NCBI GenBank assembly: GCA_019057865.1
Contig: JAHLWP010000025.1
Coordinates: 1-60,110 of the forward strand
Direction: 5' to 3'
From: Promethearchaeota archaeon
GTDB taxonomy: Archaea > Asgardarchaeota > Lokiarchaeia > Sigyniarchaeales > SOKP01
DNA length: 60,110 nt
Made by a program: the position numbers and the translations under genes. The notes beneath the pieces were generated by a model that was not told the origin of the DNA, ran no database searches, and worked only from the letters and a program-made list of their open reading frames with translations. Numbering within the stretch: position 1 is the first letter of the stretch; every line of letters begins with the position of its first letter. Of this stretch, positions 21,399-31,041 are shown one piece after another.

Positions 21399-22535
21399 TT
21401 AAAAGGAAAATTTATACTTCTCTAGTCCAAGTTCTTTTTGAATGATTTTAATATCCTCTTGAACGCTTTTATTTACTGGAATTCCAACTTTCTTTATTTC
21501 TTTTTCGGTATAATATTCTTTCTCTCCAGCTGTATAAATGCGTTTTGCTCCAGGAACTATTTTTGAATTTCTAAGCTCTCGCATAATAGTTCCTGTTATT
21601 TCTTGGAATCTATCTAATGGTATAAAATTATTAACATTAATCGCTAAAAAGAAGTGACCCACTTTTAACTTCTTTTGACCATTTTCAATAACTCCTGCAG
21701 TATCTTTAAGATAGATCCCGTCTTGTAATGCAGATGATAAAAGTTCAGCGAATGTTGCATATCCATAGCCTTTATGCCCAGATGTAGCTTCTCCTTTTCC
21801 ACCAAGAGGTAATAACGCTGCTGAACGGTCAACAAGATTATGTAATACATCACTGGGATTAATCTCAGAGTGCCCATTTTTTGTAATAATAACACCATTC
21901 GGGAGGGATTTATGCATTCTATTATAGACTTCTACTTTACCTCTCTGAATAATAGATGTTGCGCAATCGATTAAGAATGGGAATTTTTCATCAGTAGGAG
22001 CTCCATAAGTTAATGGGTTAGTTCCCAACATTGGCTCTACTCCAAACGTTGGAGGAACAGAGGGTCTGGTATTAGTGGTAGTGAATCCAATCATGCCTTC
22101 TTTTATGGCCATCATAGAATAATATCCTGCTATACCAAAATGGGTAGAATTTTTCACTGCCACAGCACCTAATCCATATTTTTTAGCTTTTTCTATAGCA
22201 AGTTTCATTGCTTTATAACCTATAACATGTCCCATACCACATCCTCCATCAATCACAGCAGTAGCAGCATTATCATTAATGACCTTTATTTCGGTTTTAG
22301 GATTATAAATCCCTTCCTTGATCCTGTCACAATACATTTTAAGTCTTTGAACTCCATGGGAATTTATCCCTTTTAAATCAGCAGCAATAAGAACATCAGC
22401 AATTATTTCTGCATCCTCTTCTGGAACTTCAAGTTTGATGAAAACTTCTCTTATAAAACTTTTCAAAAGGCTATCATCCACATAAATTGTGTCTTCCATT
22501 GAAGGTTGTATTGCTTCTCCTTTTGTTTCTTCCAT
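21399..22535 (-). CDS. Ldh_2 (type 2 malate/L-lactate dehydrogenase) family oxidoreductase, paralog 1
   Basis: GINSHG, NSTHFG, GTNP, D.ATS, GHKGYG, GHFF, AGEKE. Confidence 0.92.
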   Translation of the reverse strand: MEETKGEAIQPSMEDTIYVDDSLLKSFIREVFIKLEVPEEDAEIIADVLIAADLKGINSHGVQRLKMYCDRIKEGIYNPKTEIKVINDNAATAVIDGGCGMGHVIGYKAMKLAIEKAKKYGLGAVAVKNSTHFGIAGYYSMMAIKEGMIGFTTTNTRPSVPPTFGVEPMLGTNPLTYGAPTDEKFPFLIDCATSIIQRGKVEVYNRMHKSLPNGVIITKNGHSEINPSDVLHNLVDRSAALLPLGGKGEATSGHKGYGYATFAELLSSALQDGIYLKDTAGVIENGQKKLKVGHFFLAINVNNFIPLDRFQEITGTIMRELRNSKIVPGAKRIYTAGEKEYYTEKEIKKVGIPVNKSVQEDIKIIQKELGLEKYKFSF

Positions 22536-22733
22536 GTTTATCGCATTTTTTAAGTGATCTTTGTGATAGGAAGTATTTATATAACTAAATATTTATATAA
22601 AATCCTATTTAAGATAAGGTGAAAGTTCGTGATTTCTTATAGATTTTATTAATTTTTTTAAACTTTTTTAATATTAAGAGTTTCTATTAAGAAATCGGAA
22701 AGAACTAAGAGTAAATAAGAGAAAATTAAAGAA

Positions 22734-23867
22734 TTAATTAAAATCAAACTTGTATTTATCTAAGCCTAATTCTTTTTGCATAATTTTAATATCTTCTTGT
22801 AGGCTTTCATTAAGAGGGATGCCTGATTTTCTTCTCTCATTTTCAGCATTATACTCTTTTTCTCCAGCAGTATAAATTCGCTCCGCACCTGGTTCTTTCT
22901 TTGAACTTCTTAAATCCCTCATGATATTTCCAGCAGTTTTTGTAAAAGAATTTAAACCTAAAAAACTATTAATATTGATAGCCAAAAAGAAATGACCTAC
23001 TTTTAAACGGTTTTGATCATTTTCAACAATTCCTAAAGTATCTCTTAGATAGATTCCTTCTTGCAAGGCAGCTGATAAGAGTTCTACTACTGTCGCATAT
23101 CCATACCCTTTATAACCAGCAGTTTTTTCTCCTTTACCGCCTAATGGTAATAATGCTGCTTTTCTTTCAAGCATCTCTTCTAATACTTTTCCAGCATCAG
23201 TCATAATTTCTCCCCTATCGTTGATCACAGTATTTTCTGGGAGTGGTTTATCAATTCGATTGTTAAGCTCTACTTTTCCTCTTTGAATAATGGATGTTGC
23301 ACAATCAAGAAGAAATGGAAATTCTTCATCAGTTGGAGCTCCAATAGTTAGTGGATTAGTTCCTAACATAGGTTCTACACCAAATGTTGGTGGGATAGAT
23401 GGTCTGGCATTGGTAACAGCTAATCCAATCATCCCCTCCTTGATAGCCATTAGTGAATAATAACCAGCAATACCAAAATGTGTGGAATTCCTTACAGCTA
23501 CAGCACCTAGACCATATTTTTTAGCCTTGTCAATTGCAGCATGCATTGCCCTATATGCAATGACGTGCCCCATTCCACAATTTCCATCCCATAGCGCGGT
23601 TGTAGGGCCGTCTTTTATGATATCTATTTTTGTTTTTACCTCATAAATCCCTTCTCTAATTCTATCATAATACATTTTACATCTTTGAATTCCATGAGAA
23701 TCTATCCCTCTTAAATCTGAAGTTATTAACACATCTGCAATAATCTTAGCATCTTCTTCTGGCACTCCAAGGCCAATAAAACCATCTTTCATGAAATTTT
23801 CTAGAATTTTAGCATCAATATACACAATCTCATTTGACATCTTAAAAATTTCCTCTTTTATACTCAA
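22734..23867 (-). CDS. Ldh_2 family oxidoreductase, paralog 2
   Basis: Same motif set; highly similar tandem paralog. Confidence 0.92.
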   Translation of the reverse strand: MSIKEEIFKMSNEIVYIDAKILENFMKDGFIGLGVPEEDAKIIADVLITSDLRGIDSHGIQRCKMYYDRIREGIYEVKTKIDIIKDGPTTALWDGNCGMGHVIAYRAMHAAIDKAKKYGLGAVAVRNSTHFGIAGYYSLMAIKEGMIGLAVTNARPSIPPTFGVEPMLGTNPLTIGAPTDEEFPFLLDCATSIIQRGKVELNNRIDKPLPENTVINDRGEIMTDAGKVLEEMLERKAALLPLGGKGEKTAGYKGYGYATVVELLSAALQEGIYLRDTLGIVENDQNRLKVGHFFLAININSFLGLNSFTKTAGNIMRDLRSSKKEPGAERIYTAGEKEYNAENERRKSGIPLNESLQEDIKIMQKELGLDKYKFDFN

Positions 23868-24079
23868 TAAAGTGCTTATAAATTTAAGAATTTATACTCA
23901 ATATTAAATTATCTTTATTGAATAATCGCATTTAAATCATATTAATAAATTGAAGAGACTCTTAAAATTTCACATGTGATATCTCTATATTTATATCCTT
24001 AATAAATCGATTAATTTTGATCTTATTTAGTATTAAATTTGAAAATTCTTAATTAATTAAGATCCGTATTGAAAGAGGA

Positions 24080-24946
24080 ATGAAAAGTAAAGAAAAGCTG
24101 AAATGCCCTGTTTGTAATCTTAAATTTATCCCTAGGACATTTTATCCTGAAGAAACAATTTTTTCGGCTCCAGATGGCAAGAAATTATCTGGTTTTGATG
24201 GTTATATAAGCTCTAGGGGCGCTAAACCACCTGAAGTAGTTCTGAGTTCCTGGGTTACCTATTGTCCTCACTGTAACTACATTTTGAAGTTTGCTAAAGA
24301 ACTTGTAAAAAAAGAGAAAATTCAAAATTCAAATGTAGCTAATAAAGATGTTAAAGAAAAATATAATAGTTATTATTTTGGATTTCCCTTTGAAGATTAT
24401 TCTCAATATCTATCAAAAATAACAACAGAAATAACAAATAAAATAGAGTCGTCTCTTAATGGCTTAAATATATCTGTTTGGGAGAGTATGTATGAAATAG
24501 AGGATAAGTTTAAATTATTAGTTCGGTTTATAGCGAATTTAGAAAATTTCTGTGATGCTATGCTAGATGCAAATAATAACCAAGATATGCCAACCAAGAT
24601 TAAAGAACTCAAGTTGTCTACAGATGTGGAAAAAAGTTTATTAGAGTTAAACGATATTAGAAATAAAACTGTTAGAGGAGACTACGAATTATCCTTAGAG
24701 GACGAGCAAAAGATCAATGCTTCTATTGTTAATTTTATATTATATTTGATTAAAAGGCAAATCGAACCTCAATTAAATGGAAAAAAATTAAAAAATAAAT
24801 ATTACTATGTTGATTTAAGAGATTTTAATTCAGAAATTAAACATTTTCTAACTGGTTATCTGAATGGAATTTTTCATAATAATAAATCCGCTAATACTCA
24901 AATACAGTTATTTATTGATACTCTTTTAGAAAATGGAAAGAAATAA
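24080..24946 (+). CDS. hypothetical protein with N-terminal zinc ribbon and helical C-terminal domain
   Basis: CPVC ... CPHC pair; GAGG RBS; LNDIRNKTVR resembles a degenerate HEPN Rx4H motif. Confidence 0.7.
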   Translation: MKSKEKLKCPVCNLKFIPRTFYPEETIFSAPDGKKLSGFDGYISSRGAKPPEVVLSSWVTYCPHCNYILKFAKELVKKEKIQNSNVANKDVKEKYNSYYFGFPFEDYSQYLSKITTEITNKIESSLNGLNISVWESMYEIEDKFKLLVRFIANLENFCDAMLDANNNQDMPTKIKELKLSTDVEKSLLELNDIRNKTVRGDYELSLEDEQKINASIVNFILYLIKRQIEPQLNGKKLKNKYYYVDLRDFNSEIKHFLTGYLNGIFHNNKSANTQIQLFIDTLLENGKK

Positions 24947-25052
24947 TCCTCTCCTAAATCTATTTTAATCTTCTTTTATTCAATCTGACTAATCTTTAGT
25001 GACATCACCATATTATTTGTTTTTTTGAATCCATTTATCATATTCTAAGAAT

Positions 25053-25271
25053 ATGATATTAAATGATTTAAACGCTAAAGTTGAGGGTAGATTTTTTAAG
25101 GAAGTGACAATCGAGGATGACGGAGATCAAATAACATATGTATTTCCTGATACAAAAGAATTTATATCAATCATTAAAAGAAAAATGCTTAAGGAAGAAT
25201 TGAGATCAAGCCTAGAAACTTAAACTAAGGAAGATGTAATATACAAGAAAAAATTTATATCTGATAAATAA
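25053..25271 (+). pseudogene. small ORF, either 56 aa or a 72-codon frame interrupted by TAA at 25221
   Basis: MILNDLNAKVEGRFFKEVTIEDDGDQITYVFPDTKEFISIIKRKMLKEELRSSLET*TKEDVIYKKKFISDK*. Confidence 0.45.
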
Positions 25272-25282
25272 CTAAGAAATTT

Positions 25283-25586
25283 GGAACATTAGGCCAGTTC
25301 TGTAATCCTATACTGGATGAACCGTAAAATGGTCTATAGCGGAAATTGCCCGATTTAAGGTTTTATAAGCATTGTTATCCATCGTTATGTTCTCGTCGAA
25401 GCATCGGCCATATAGGTGGGTGCTTGGGCAGTATCTTTTGTAGAAAAGATATATGTCCGTAATGTCGAACCCGATCAGGCCCGGGAGGGAGCAGTCGTAA
25501 GACGAGGTGTTCACGCTTTATGGTGTGGGTGTGGAGAGGCATAACACCTGGTTATAACAATAGGATTGAGATCAAGATTCGGGTTT
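25283..25586 (+). ncRNA. ffs: signal recognition particle (7S/SRP) RNA; 5' boundary uncertain (25283 or about 25316)
   Basis: GC-richer island; helix 8 GATCAGG-CCC-GGGA-GGG-AGCA-GTC (25473-25496); helix 6 GTATCTTTT-GTAG-AAAAGATAT (25431-25452); helix 5 pairings GTTATG/CATAAC, ATTGTTAT/ATAACAAT, CCCGA/TCGGG. Confidence 0.93.
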
Positions 25587-25609
25587 TTAAAATTTACAAT
25601 TTATGAATT

Positions 25610-26062
25610 TTAACCCCTATGATCTTCTTTTTCTTCTAAAGTTAATAAATATGAACAAGTTCCATTATTAGATTTAAGATTACATTCTAGAATTTTACCG
25701 GTATATTTAAAACTTGGATCAATTTCATTTAAAAAACCGGATGTATAGGGTTTACACAAACTTTCTTGCATTAGATCAGCTCGATCAGGATAATGCTTCC
25801 CACCAATTGGACAAAATTTTTTCTTATATTTCAGTATAACCTTATAGGTGTTATCATTTATTTTTTGTATATTCGGAGCAGTATTTAGAACTTTGTAACT
25901 CTGCATTAAACTTTTTTCTATCCCTACTATTCCTCGGCCTTTGTATAATTTGCCTAATTTTGCTCCTAAACTAGAAGATATGGTTTTAGGTAAATTAGGA
26001 CCCCCCACATCAATCATTTCAATTATGTAAGATTGAAAAAATTTTAAGGCGTCTTTAGTCAT
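25610..26062 (-). CDS. V4R/MetOD1-like small Cys-containing domain protein, paralog 1
   Basis: FCPIGG ... LCKPYTSGFL ... ECNL ... TCSYLL pattern. Confidence 0.65.
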   Translation of the reverse strand: MTKDALKFFQSYIIEMIDVGGPNLPKTISSSLGAKLGKLYKGRGIVGIEKSLMQSYKVLNTAPNIQKINDNTYKVILKYKKKFCPIGGKHYPDRADLMQESLCKPYTSGFLNEIDPSFKYTGKILECNLKSNNGTCSYLLTLEEKEDHRG

Positions 26063-26221
26063 TTTATCCCCAATTTAAACTTAATGATTAAATCTCTACT
26101 TATGACTATTTAATTGTTTTTGTTTTTAGCTTATTAAATTAAGTAATAACAAAAATTAAATGAAAAGTGTATAGAATGTAAGGAATTTTCAAATCTCTTA
26201 TATTGAAAGCAGAAAAAGAGG

Positions 26222-26671
26222 TTAATTGATGTTATGCTTTTTTTCTACATTTAAAATGTAATGACATACTCTATGGTTGGAGGAAAGAATACAGCTTTTA
26301 ATTTCTGAGCTAAAATTCATTTTTGGAAATATTTCATTTAAAAATCCTTTAGTAAAAGGTATACAAATGTTATCTTGAAATAGGGAAACATTTGAAGGAT
26401 TATAAGAACCTCCTATTGGACAAAACTTTTTTGAATGTTTAATGATTATCTCATATGAATTATCATTAATCTTAGTTATTTTTGGTTTTGCTTTTAGTGC
26501 AATATAAGCTTGCTTTAAAGCACTTTCTATATTAATAGTCCAACCTCTTGCTTTATATAATTTACCTAATTTTGCACCTGATTTAGAAGAAATCGCTTTT
26601 GGTAAATTAGGACCCCCCACATCAATCATTTCTTTTATATATGCTTGAAAGAACTTTAATGCATCTTTCAT
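26222..26671 (-). CDS. V4R/MetOD1-like small Cys-containing domain protein, paralog 2
   Basis: FCPIGG ... ICIPFTKGFL ... SCIL ... VCHYIL; shares KDALKFFQ.YI.EMIDVGGPNLPK with paralog 1. Confidence 0.65.
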   Translation of the reverse strand: MKDALKFFQAYIKEMIDVGGPNLPKAISSKSGAKLGKLYKARGWTINIESALKQAYIALKAKPKITKINDNSYEIIIKHSKKFCPIGGSYNPSNVSLFQDNICIPFTKGFLNEIFPKMNFSSEIKSCILSSNHRVCHYILNVEKKHNIN

Positions 26672-26843
26672 TTATAATATCACCTACTTAAAATAACTTA
26701 AATCCAACTCTTAAAAAATTGAGCATCTATAACCCTAAAATATACAACAAAAAAGTTATTTATATATTTATCCTTTTTTGTCAATTAAACCCTTAAATTT
26801 ACATATAGGTCTGACTCTAAAAATTCAATAAAATATAATATTT

Positions 26844-27443
26844 TCATTTAATATTTAAAGTAAATCTTAGTAATCTATCCTTATCTTCTTCAGCATAATC
26901 AATTCCTATTCGCTTGTTTAAAATAATTTCTTTATCTTTAACTTCTTCTCCTTCAGTGAGATACAACTTTGCATCTATCTTACATGAATCACTTCCATTA
27001 AAGATTTCTTTAGTAATATTCATAGCCATACAAAGTTTCACTGGTCCATCACATAAATTCTTAAAATTTTTCCCTATCTTTACGTTTCTATTTTCTTTCA
27101 TCAATTCAATACCATTTATTGGATATAGTTGTCTTATGAGTACTGCACACGGTACATCCTTAGGTTCTGTAATCACATTCAAACAATAGTACATTCCATA
27201 GACAAAGTAAACATATAAAGTTCCAGGTTCCTCATACATAACTTTTGTCCTCTCTGTCATTTTGGAATCATAAGAATGACATGCTTTATCGTTAATTCCT
27301 AGATAAGCCTCAACTTCGATCACTTTTCCAACCATAACACCTTCTCTTAATTTTCTTACTAAATATTTTCCTAATAATTCTTTTGCTACAAGTTTTGTAT
27401 CTCTGTTGAAAAATTTCCTAGTTAATCGTTTATTAACTTTCAA
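26844..27443 (-). CDS. mpg: DNA-3-methyladenine glycosylase (MPG/AAG family)
   Basis: VAKELLGK, IEVEAYLG..D.ACHS, LYVYFVYGMY..LNV, AVLIR, GP.KLC, RIGI. Confidence 0.95.
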   Translation of the reverse strand: MKVNKRLTRKFFNRDTKLVAKELLGKYLVRKLREGVMVGKVIEVEAYLGINDKACHSYDSKMTERTKVMYEEPGTLYVYFVYGMYYCLNVITEPKDVPCAVLIRQLYPINGIELMKENRNVKIGKNFKNLCDGPVKLCMAMNITKEIFNGSDSCKIDAKLYLTEGEEVKDKEIILNKRIGIDYAEEDKDRLLRFTLNIK

Positions 27444-27564
27444 ATTCTCATATCTTTTTTATTGAAAATTCATTTATTAATCAAAAAAAATAATTATTTT
27501 AATTACTAATTTACCAAATTCTTAAAATTTAGGGGATAAAATTATAAAAGCACCAGAGAGAGTA

Positions 27565-28623
27565 TTGAAAGCCATTAATCATGAGGAACCAGATAGAGTT
27601 CCTGCTTTTGAAAGTGCATTTACGAATTATACGATTATGAGACATTATGGCGTTGATCCTACTAAAGGTCGTGGTTATTATATAACTTATGATTTTTTCC
27701 GCAGAGCTCAAATAGATCTGGTTCTAAGTTATGTAAGTGTTTTTCCTAGAAAGTCTATGAAAGGCGGATATATCGATGAATATGGAAGATTCATGAAAAC
27801 TGAATATTATAAAGATGGAACGATGATATTAGCATATCATGGTGGATCTTTTGAGTCATTTGATGACTATGAAAGTTGGGAAAAGCCAAATCCATATTCT
27901 GAAGTGAGATTAAAACAATTTTTACTAGGGAGAGATGTTCAAAAGAAACTTAAAGATGAAGTATTTTCTATTCCTGCAACAGGAAGTATTTTTGAAAATA
28001 ACTGGGAAGGCTTCGGAATAGAAACATTTTCAAGAATATTAACTAATCCAAAGCAAACTAAAAAAATCTTTGATGATTATGGAACATTTACTCTCGAGCT
28101 TGTAAAATTACTAGCTGAAAATGATGCTAAAGTTATATTATTATGGGATGATTATGGTTTTAAAAGTGGTCTTTTCATGCCTCCTAGAAATTATAAGAAA
28201 TATGTGTTCCCTTGGTTAAAAAGAATATGTGATGCTGCTCATAAACGTGATTGTAAAATATTATTACATTCTGACGGAGATTTATCTGAAATTTTTAAGG
28301 ATATAATTAACTGTGGTGTTGATGCCATTAATCCTATAGAACCTACTACGGCGAATCCTGAGTATGATATCTTCAAATTGAATAAAAAATTTGGTGACAA
28401 AATAACTTTTTCTGGAAATTTAAATCCTGTAATGTTAGCACTGGGGAAGATATCTGAAATTGAGGAATACGCAAAGAGATTAATTCGGGAATTAGCACCC
28501 GGAGGAGGATACATTTTTGGGTCTGGTCATAGTATTCATCCAGCAGTAACGCTAGATCGATTTGAAGCAATGCAAAATATAAGAAGAAAATATGGAAATT
28601 ATCCGATATATATTCCTGATTAA
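27565..28623 (+). CDS. uroporphyrinogen decarboxylase / MtaA-CmuA family protein
   Basis: EPDRVP, DDYG, HSDG, GNL, LAPGGGYIFGSGHSI. Confidence 0.85.
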   Translation: MKAINHEEPDRVPAFESAFTNYTIMRHYGVDPTKGRGYYITYDFFRRAQIDLVLSYVSVFPRKSMKGGYIDEYGRFMKTEYYKDGTMILAYHGGSFESFDDYESWEKPNPYSEVRLKQFLLGRDVQKKLKDEVFSIPATGSIFENNWEGFGIETFSRILTNPKQTKKIFDDYGTFTLELVKLLAENDAKVILLWDDYGFKSGLFMPPRNYKKYVFPWLKRICDAAHKRDCKILLHSDGDLSEIFKDIINCGVDAINPIEPTTANPEYDIFKLNKKFGDKITFSGNLNPVMLALGKISEIEEYAKRLIRELAPGGGYIFGSGHSIHPAVTLDRFEAMQNIRRKYGNYPIYIPD

Positions 28624-28651
28624 AATTTTCTAAGCTTAAAATGTAAAATAA

Positions 28652-29695
28652 TTAATAAATTCCCATAGATTCTGTTAGTGCTTTAGCTATACTTAGATTT
28701 CTTATGGCTAAATCCTTAGGATAGAACGGCCACTCGCATCCTGCTGCGTACATGTACATCCCACCTGGCTTTCCTGCTTCAATAGTATTTGTTATTTCAT
28801 TATATACGCTCAAAATTGAATATATTTCACTCCCTAAAATTTGAGTGTTTGTATTTCCTCTTATACAGTTATTTTTTCCTATTTTTTCTTTAGCGATTTT
28901 CAAATCGATTTGATAATCCAAATCTAGAATTGTTGCTTTTGTCTTCGAAACTAGCTTTAGCATATCTCTCCCTTCTTTGTCGATTACTGAATTATCCCCG
29001 CAGATATGATATAAGACAGGCACATCCTTTTGAATATAATTAAACAATTCCTTTGTTGCTTCTAAACAACATTTTTCATACCTCATAGGGCCTATTTGAG
29101 AAATTGCAGAATCTCCTGCTCCAATTATGTTTGCTCCCGCTTCAATCTGTAATTTAGCAAATTCTTTTTGGATTGGAAGAATTCTTTCGATAAGTGCTTT
29201 TATTCTTTTTTCCCAATCAGAATGCTTACACAATTTAAGTACATTTACTAAACCAAATAGACAACATATTTCTGCAAATGGAGCCTCAATCCAACCAACA
29301 ATGCATTGCTTACCTCCTACTTTCGCTGAGAGTAATTTTACAGCCTCAACTCTATTTTGAATTCTTATATTTACTAATAACTCTGGTGTTTCAATAGATT
29401 CGAATTCTTCAATTTTTAAATGAGTTTTGGCAACAGGTGTATGGCTTTTCCAATCAATCTCAACACCCCATGCATTTGCTTCACGATAAGCATCTGTAGA
29501 TACATTAACATGATCTATTCCAAAGAATTCTGAACACCTTATCATTGAATTTACTAATATCTCTGGATTCTGACAATATTCGTGATTATAATCTACATTT
29601 GATAAGAAAGCAGCAAGATGCATAATAAATGGATTAAAAGGGATCTTCTCTGGTATTCCCTTAATTGCTGATAAAGTTAATTCTAATGAGTTCAT
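28652..29695 (-). CDS. MtaA/CmuA-like methylcobalamin:thiol methyltransferase (UroD family)
   Basis: H-x-C zinc motif (YHICG) and C-terminal AGCE; EAPF; IRGN. Confidence 0.8.
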   Translation of the reverse strand: MNSLELTLSAIKGIPEKIPFNPFIMHLAAFLSNVDYNHEYCQNPEILVNSMIRCSEFFGIDHVNVSTDAYREANAWGVEIDWKSHTPVAKTHLKIEEFESIETPELLVNIRIQNRVEAVKLLSAKVGGKQCIVGWIEAPFAEICCLFGLVNVLKLCKHSDWEKRIKALIERILPIQKEFAKLQIEAGANIIGAGDSAISQIGPMRYEKCCLEATKELFNYIQKDVPVLYHICGDNSVIDKEGRDMLKLVSKTKATILDLDYQIDLKIAKEKIGKNNCIRGNTNTQILGSEIYSILSVYNEITNTIEAGKPGGMYMYAAGCEWPFYPKDLAIRNLSIAKALTESMGIY

Positions 29696-29725
29696 TTTCC
29701 TATCAGTTTCTAATTTTAATTTTAC

Positions 29726-30886
29726 TCAATAATCTCGAAATTCATTTGCAGCATCAAACATGGCAACAATATTTTGTGGAGGAACCTCTGCTGTTATATT
29801 ATGAATATTTGCCGCAATATAACCTCCTCCGGATTTAAAACAATCAATATTTCTCTTAACTTCTTCCCGAATTTGTTTAGGAGTGCCAAATGGAAGTGTT
29901 TGTTGCGTATTACATAAGCCTCCCCAAAATGTAATTATTTCACCAAACCTTCTTTTTAAACTACAAGGTTCCATGTCATAAGCGGAGATTTGAACAGGAT
30001 TATAAATATCATACCTAATTTCTGCCCAATGAGGTATAAATAGGGGAACAGATCCACAACAATGGTAATTGATCTTAACATCTGCTAGTTCATGTATTTT
30101 TTCAGAAAGTCTTTTTTCAATTGGTTTTATAACTTTCTCATATATTTTTAAATTCATAATCGGTCCTGCTTGTTCACCCAAATCTCCATTAATACACACA
30201 ACATCTATATATTCACCGACTTCATTTAAAAAAGTTATATTAAAATCTGTCCAGTATTTTAAAAGACATTCCATTGCGGTGATAATCAATTCTGGTTTTG
30301 TTAGTAAATATCTTAATGCTCTTGTAAAACCAAAAAGAAACGTTGTATATTCGTAAATACATCCTGTAGGTGGAGTAGATAATGCAAAATCGGTGGTTTC
30401 ACGCAACTTTCTCGCATAATCCCTTAATCCCTTGAATGGACTTTTATCTTTTCCGTTAGGCCAATCATAATTTTCAATTTCTTGAATGGTTTTAAAATCA
30501 GCTAATGGATGTATGACTGGATCATAATATAAAATTTCATCTAAATCCTTCTTTGCGTCATTTCCCCAAAAACAACCAAATTGATCATATAATCCTACGT
30601 ATTTTCCTTCATATTGTGGTTGGACATCATTTACATTTATCATCCCACCTAAGGGACGAACATATCTAATATCAATATTAAACCTTTCTAATAATTCTTC
30701 ACATGGTAATGCTATTTGTTGTACAAAATCACAATACTGAATATTATTATCCTGAATTTCCAGAAAATCTAACAACTTTTTATATGCTTTTATATGAATT
30801 CCCGATTGATGCCCTCCTAAATCAATCGGTACTTTATCTGGTTCTTTATGATTTAAGGTAGTATTTACTCTTTCTCTTGAATTCAT
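29726..30886 (-). CDS. uroporphyrinogen decarboxylase / methyltransferase family protein
   Basis: SRERV...HKEPDKVPIDLG, GDLG.Q, YHCCG, NPVQ, FWGG, GGGYI..IHNI. Confidence 0.88.
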   Translation of the reverse strand: MNSRERVNTTLNHKEPDKVPIDLGGHQSGIHIKAYKKLLDFLEIQDNNIQYCDFVQQIALPCEELLERFNIDIRYVRPLGGMINVNDVQPQYEGKYVGLYDQFGCFWGNDAKKDLDEILYYDPVIHPLADFKTIQEIENYDWPNGKDKSPFKGLRDYARKLRETTDFALSTPPTGCIYEYTTFLFGFTRALRYLLTKPELIITAMECLLKYWTDFNITFLNEVGEYIDVVCINGDLGEQAGPIMNLKIYEKVIKPIEKRLSEKIHELADVKINYHCCGSVPLFIPHWAEIRYDIYNPVQISAYDMEPCSLKRRFGEIITFWGGLCNTQQTLPFGTPKQIREEVKRNIDCFKSGGGYIAANIHNITAEVPPQNIVAMFDAANEFRDY

Positions 30887-31041
30887 TAGTAAATATTTAT
30901 ATCATTTATTATAAATAATTTTTTTTTATCTAGATTTAAAAAAATATAAAAAAGGAGGAAAAAGTTTAGATAAATGGCTTCTCAAATAACGACACCTAAA
31001 CCAATATTCCTCATCAGAACTCCAATAGAGAAAATTAGTTT

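Noticed and set aside
25308-25514. 68-aa minus-strand ORF
   Set aside because: Lies antisense to the SRP RNA; the open frame is explained by higher GC content.
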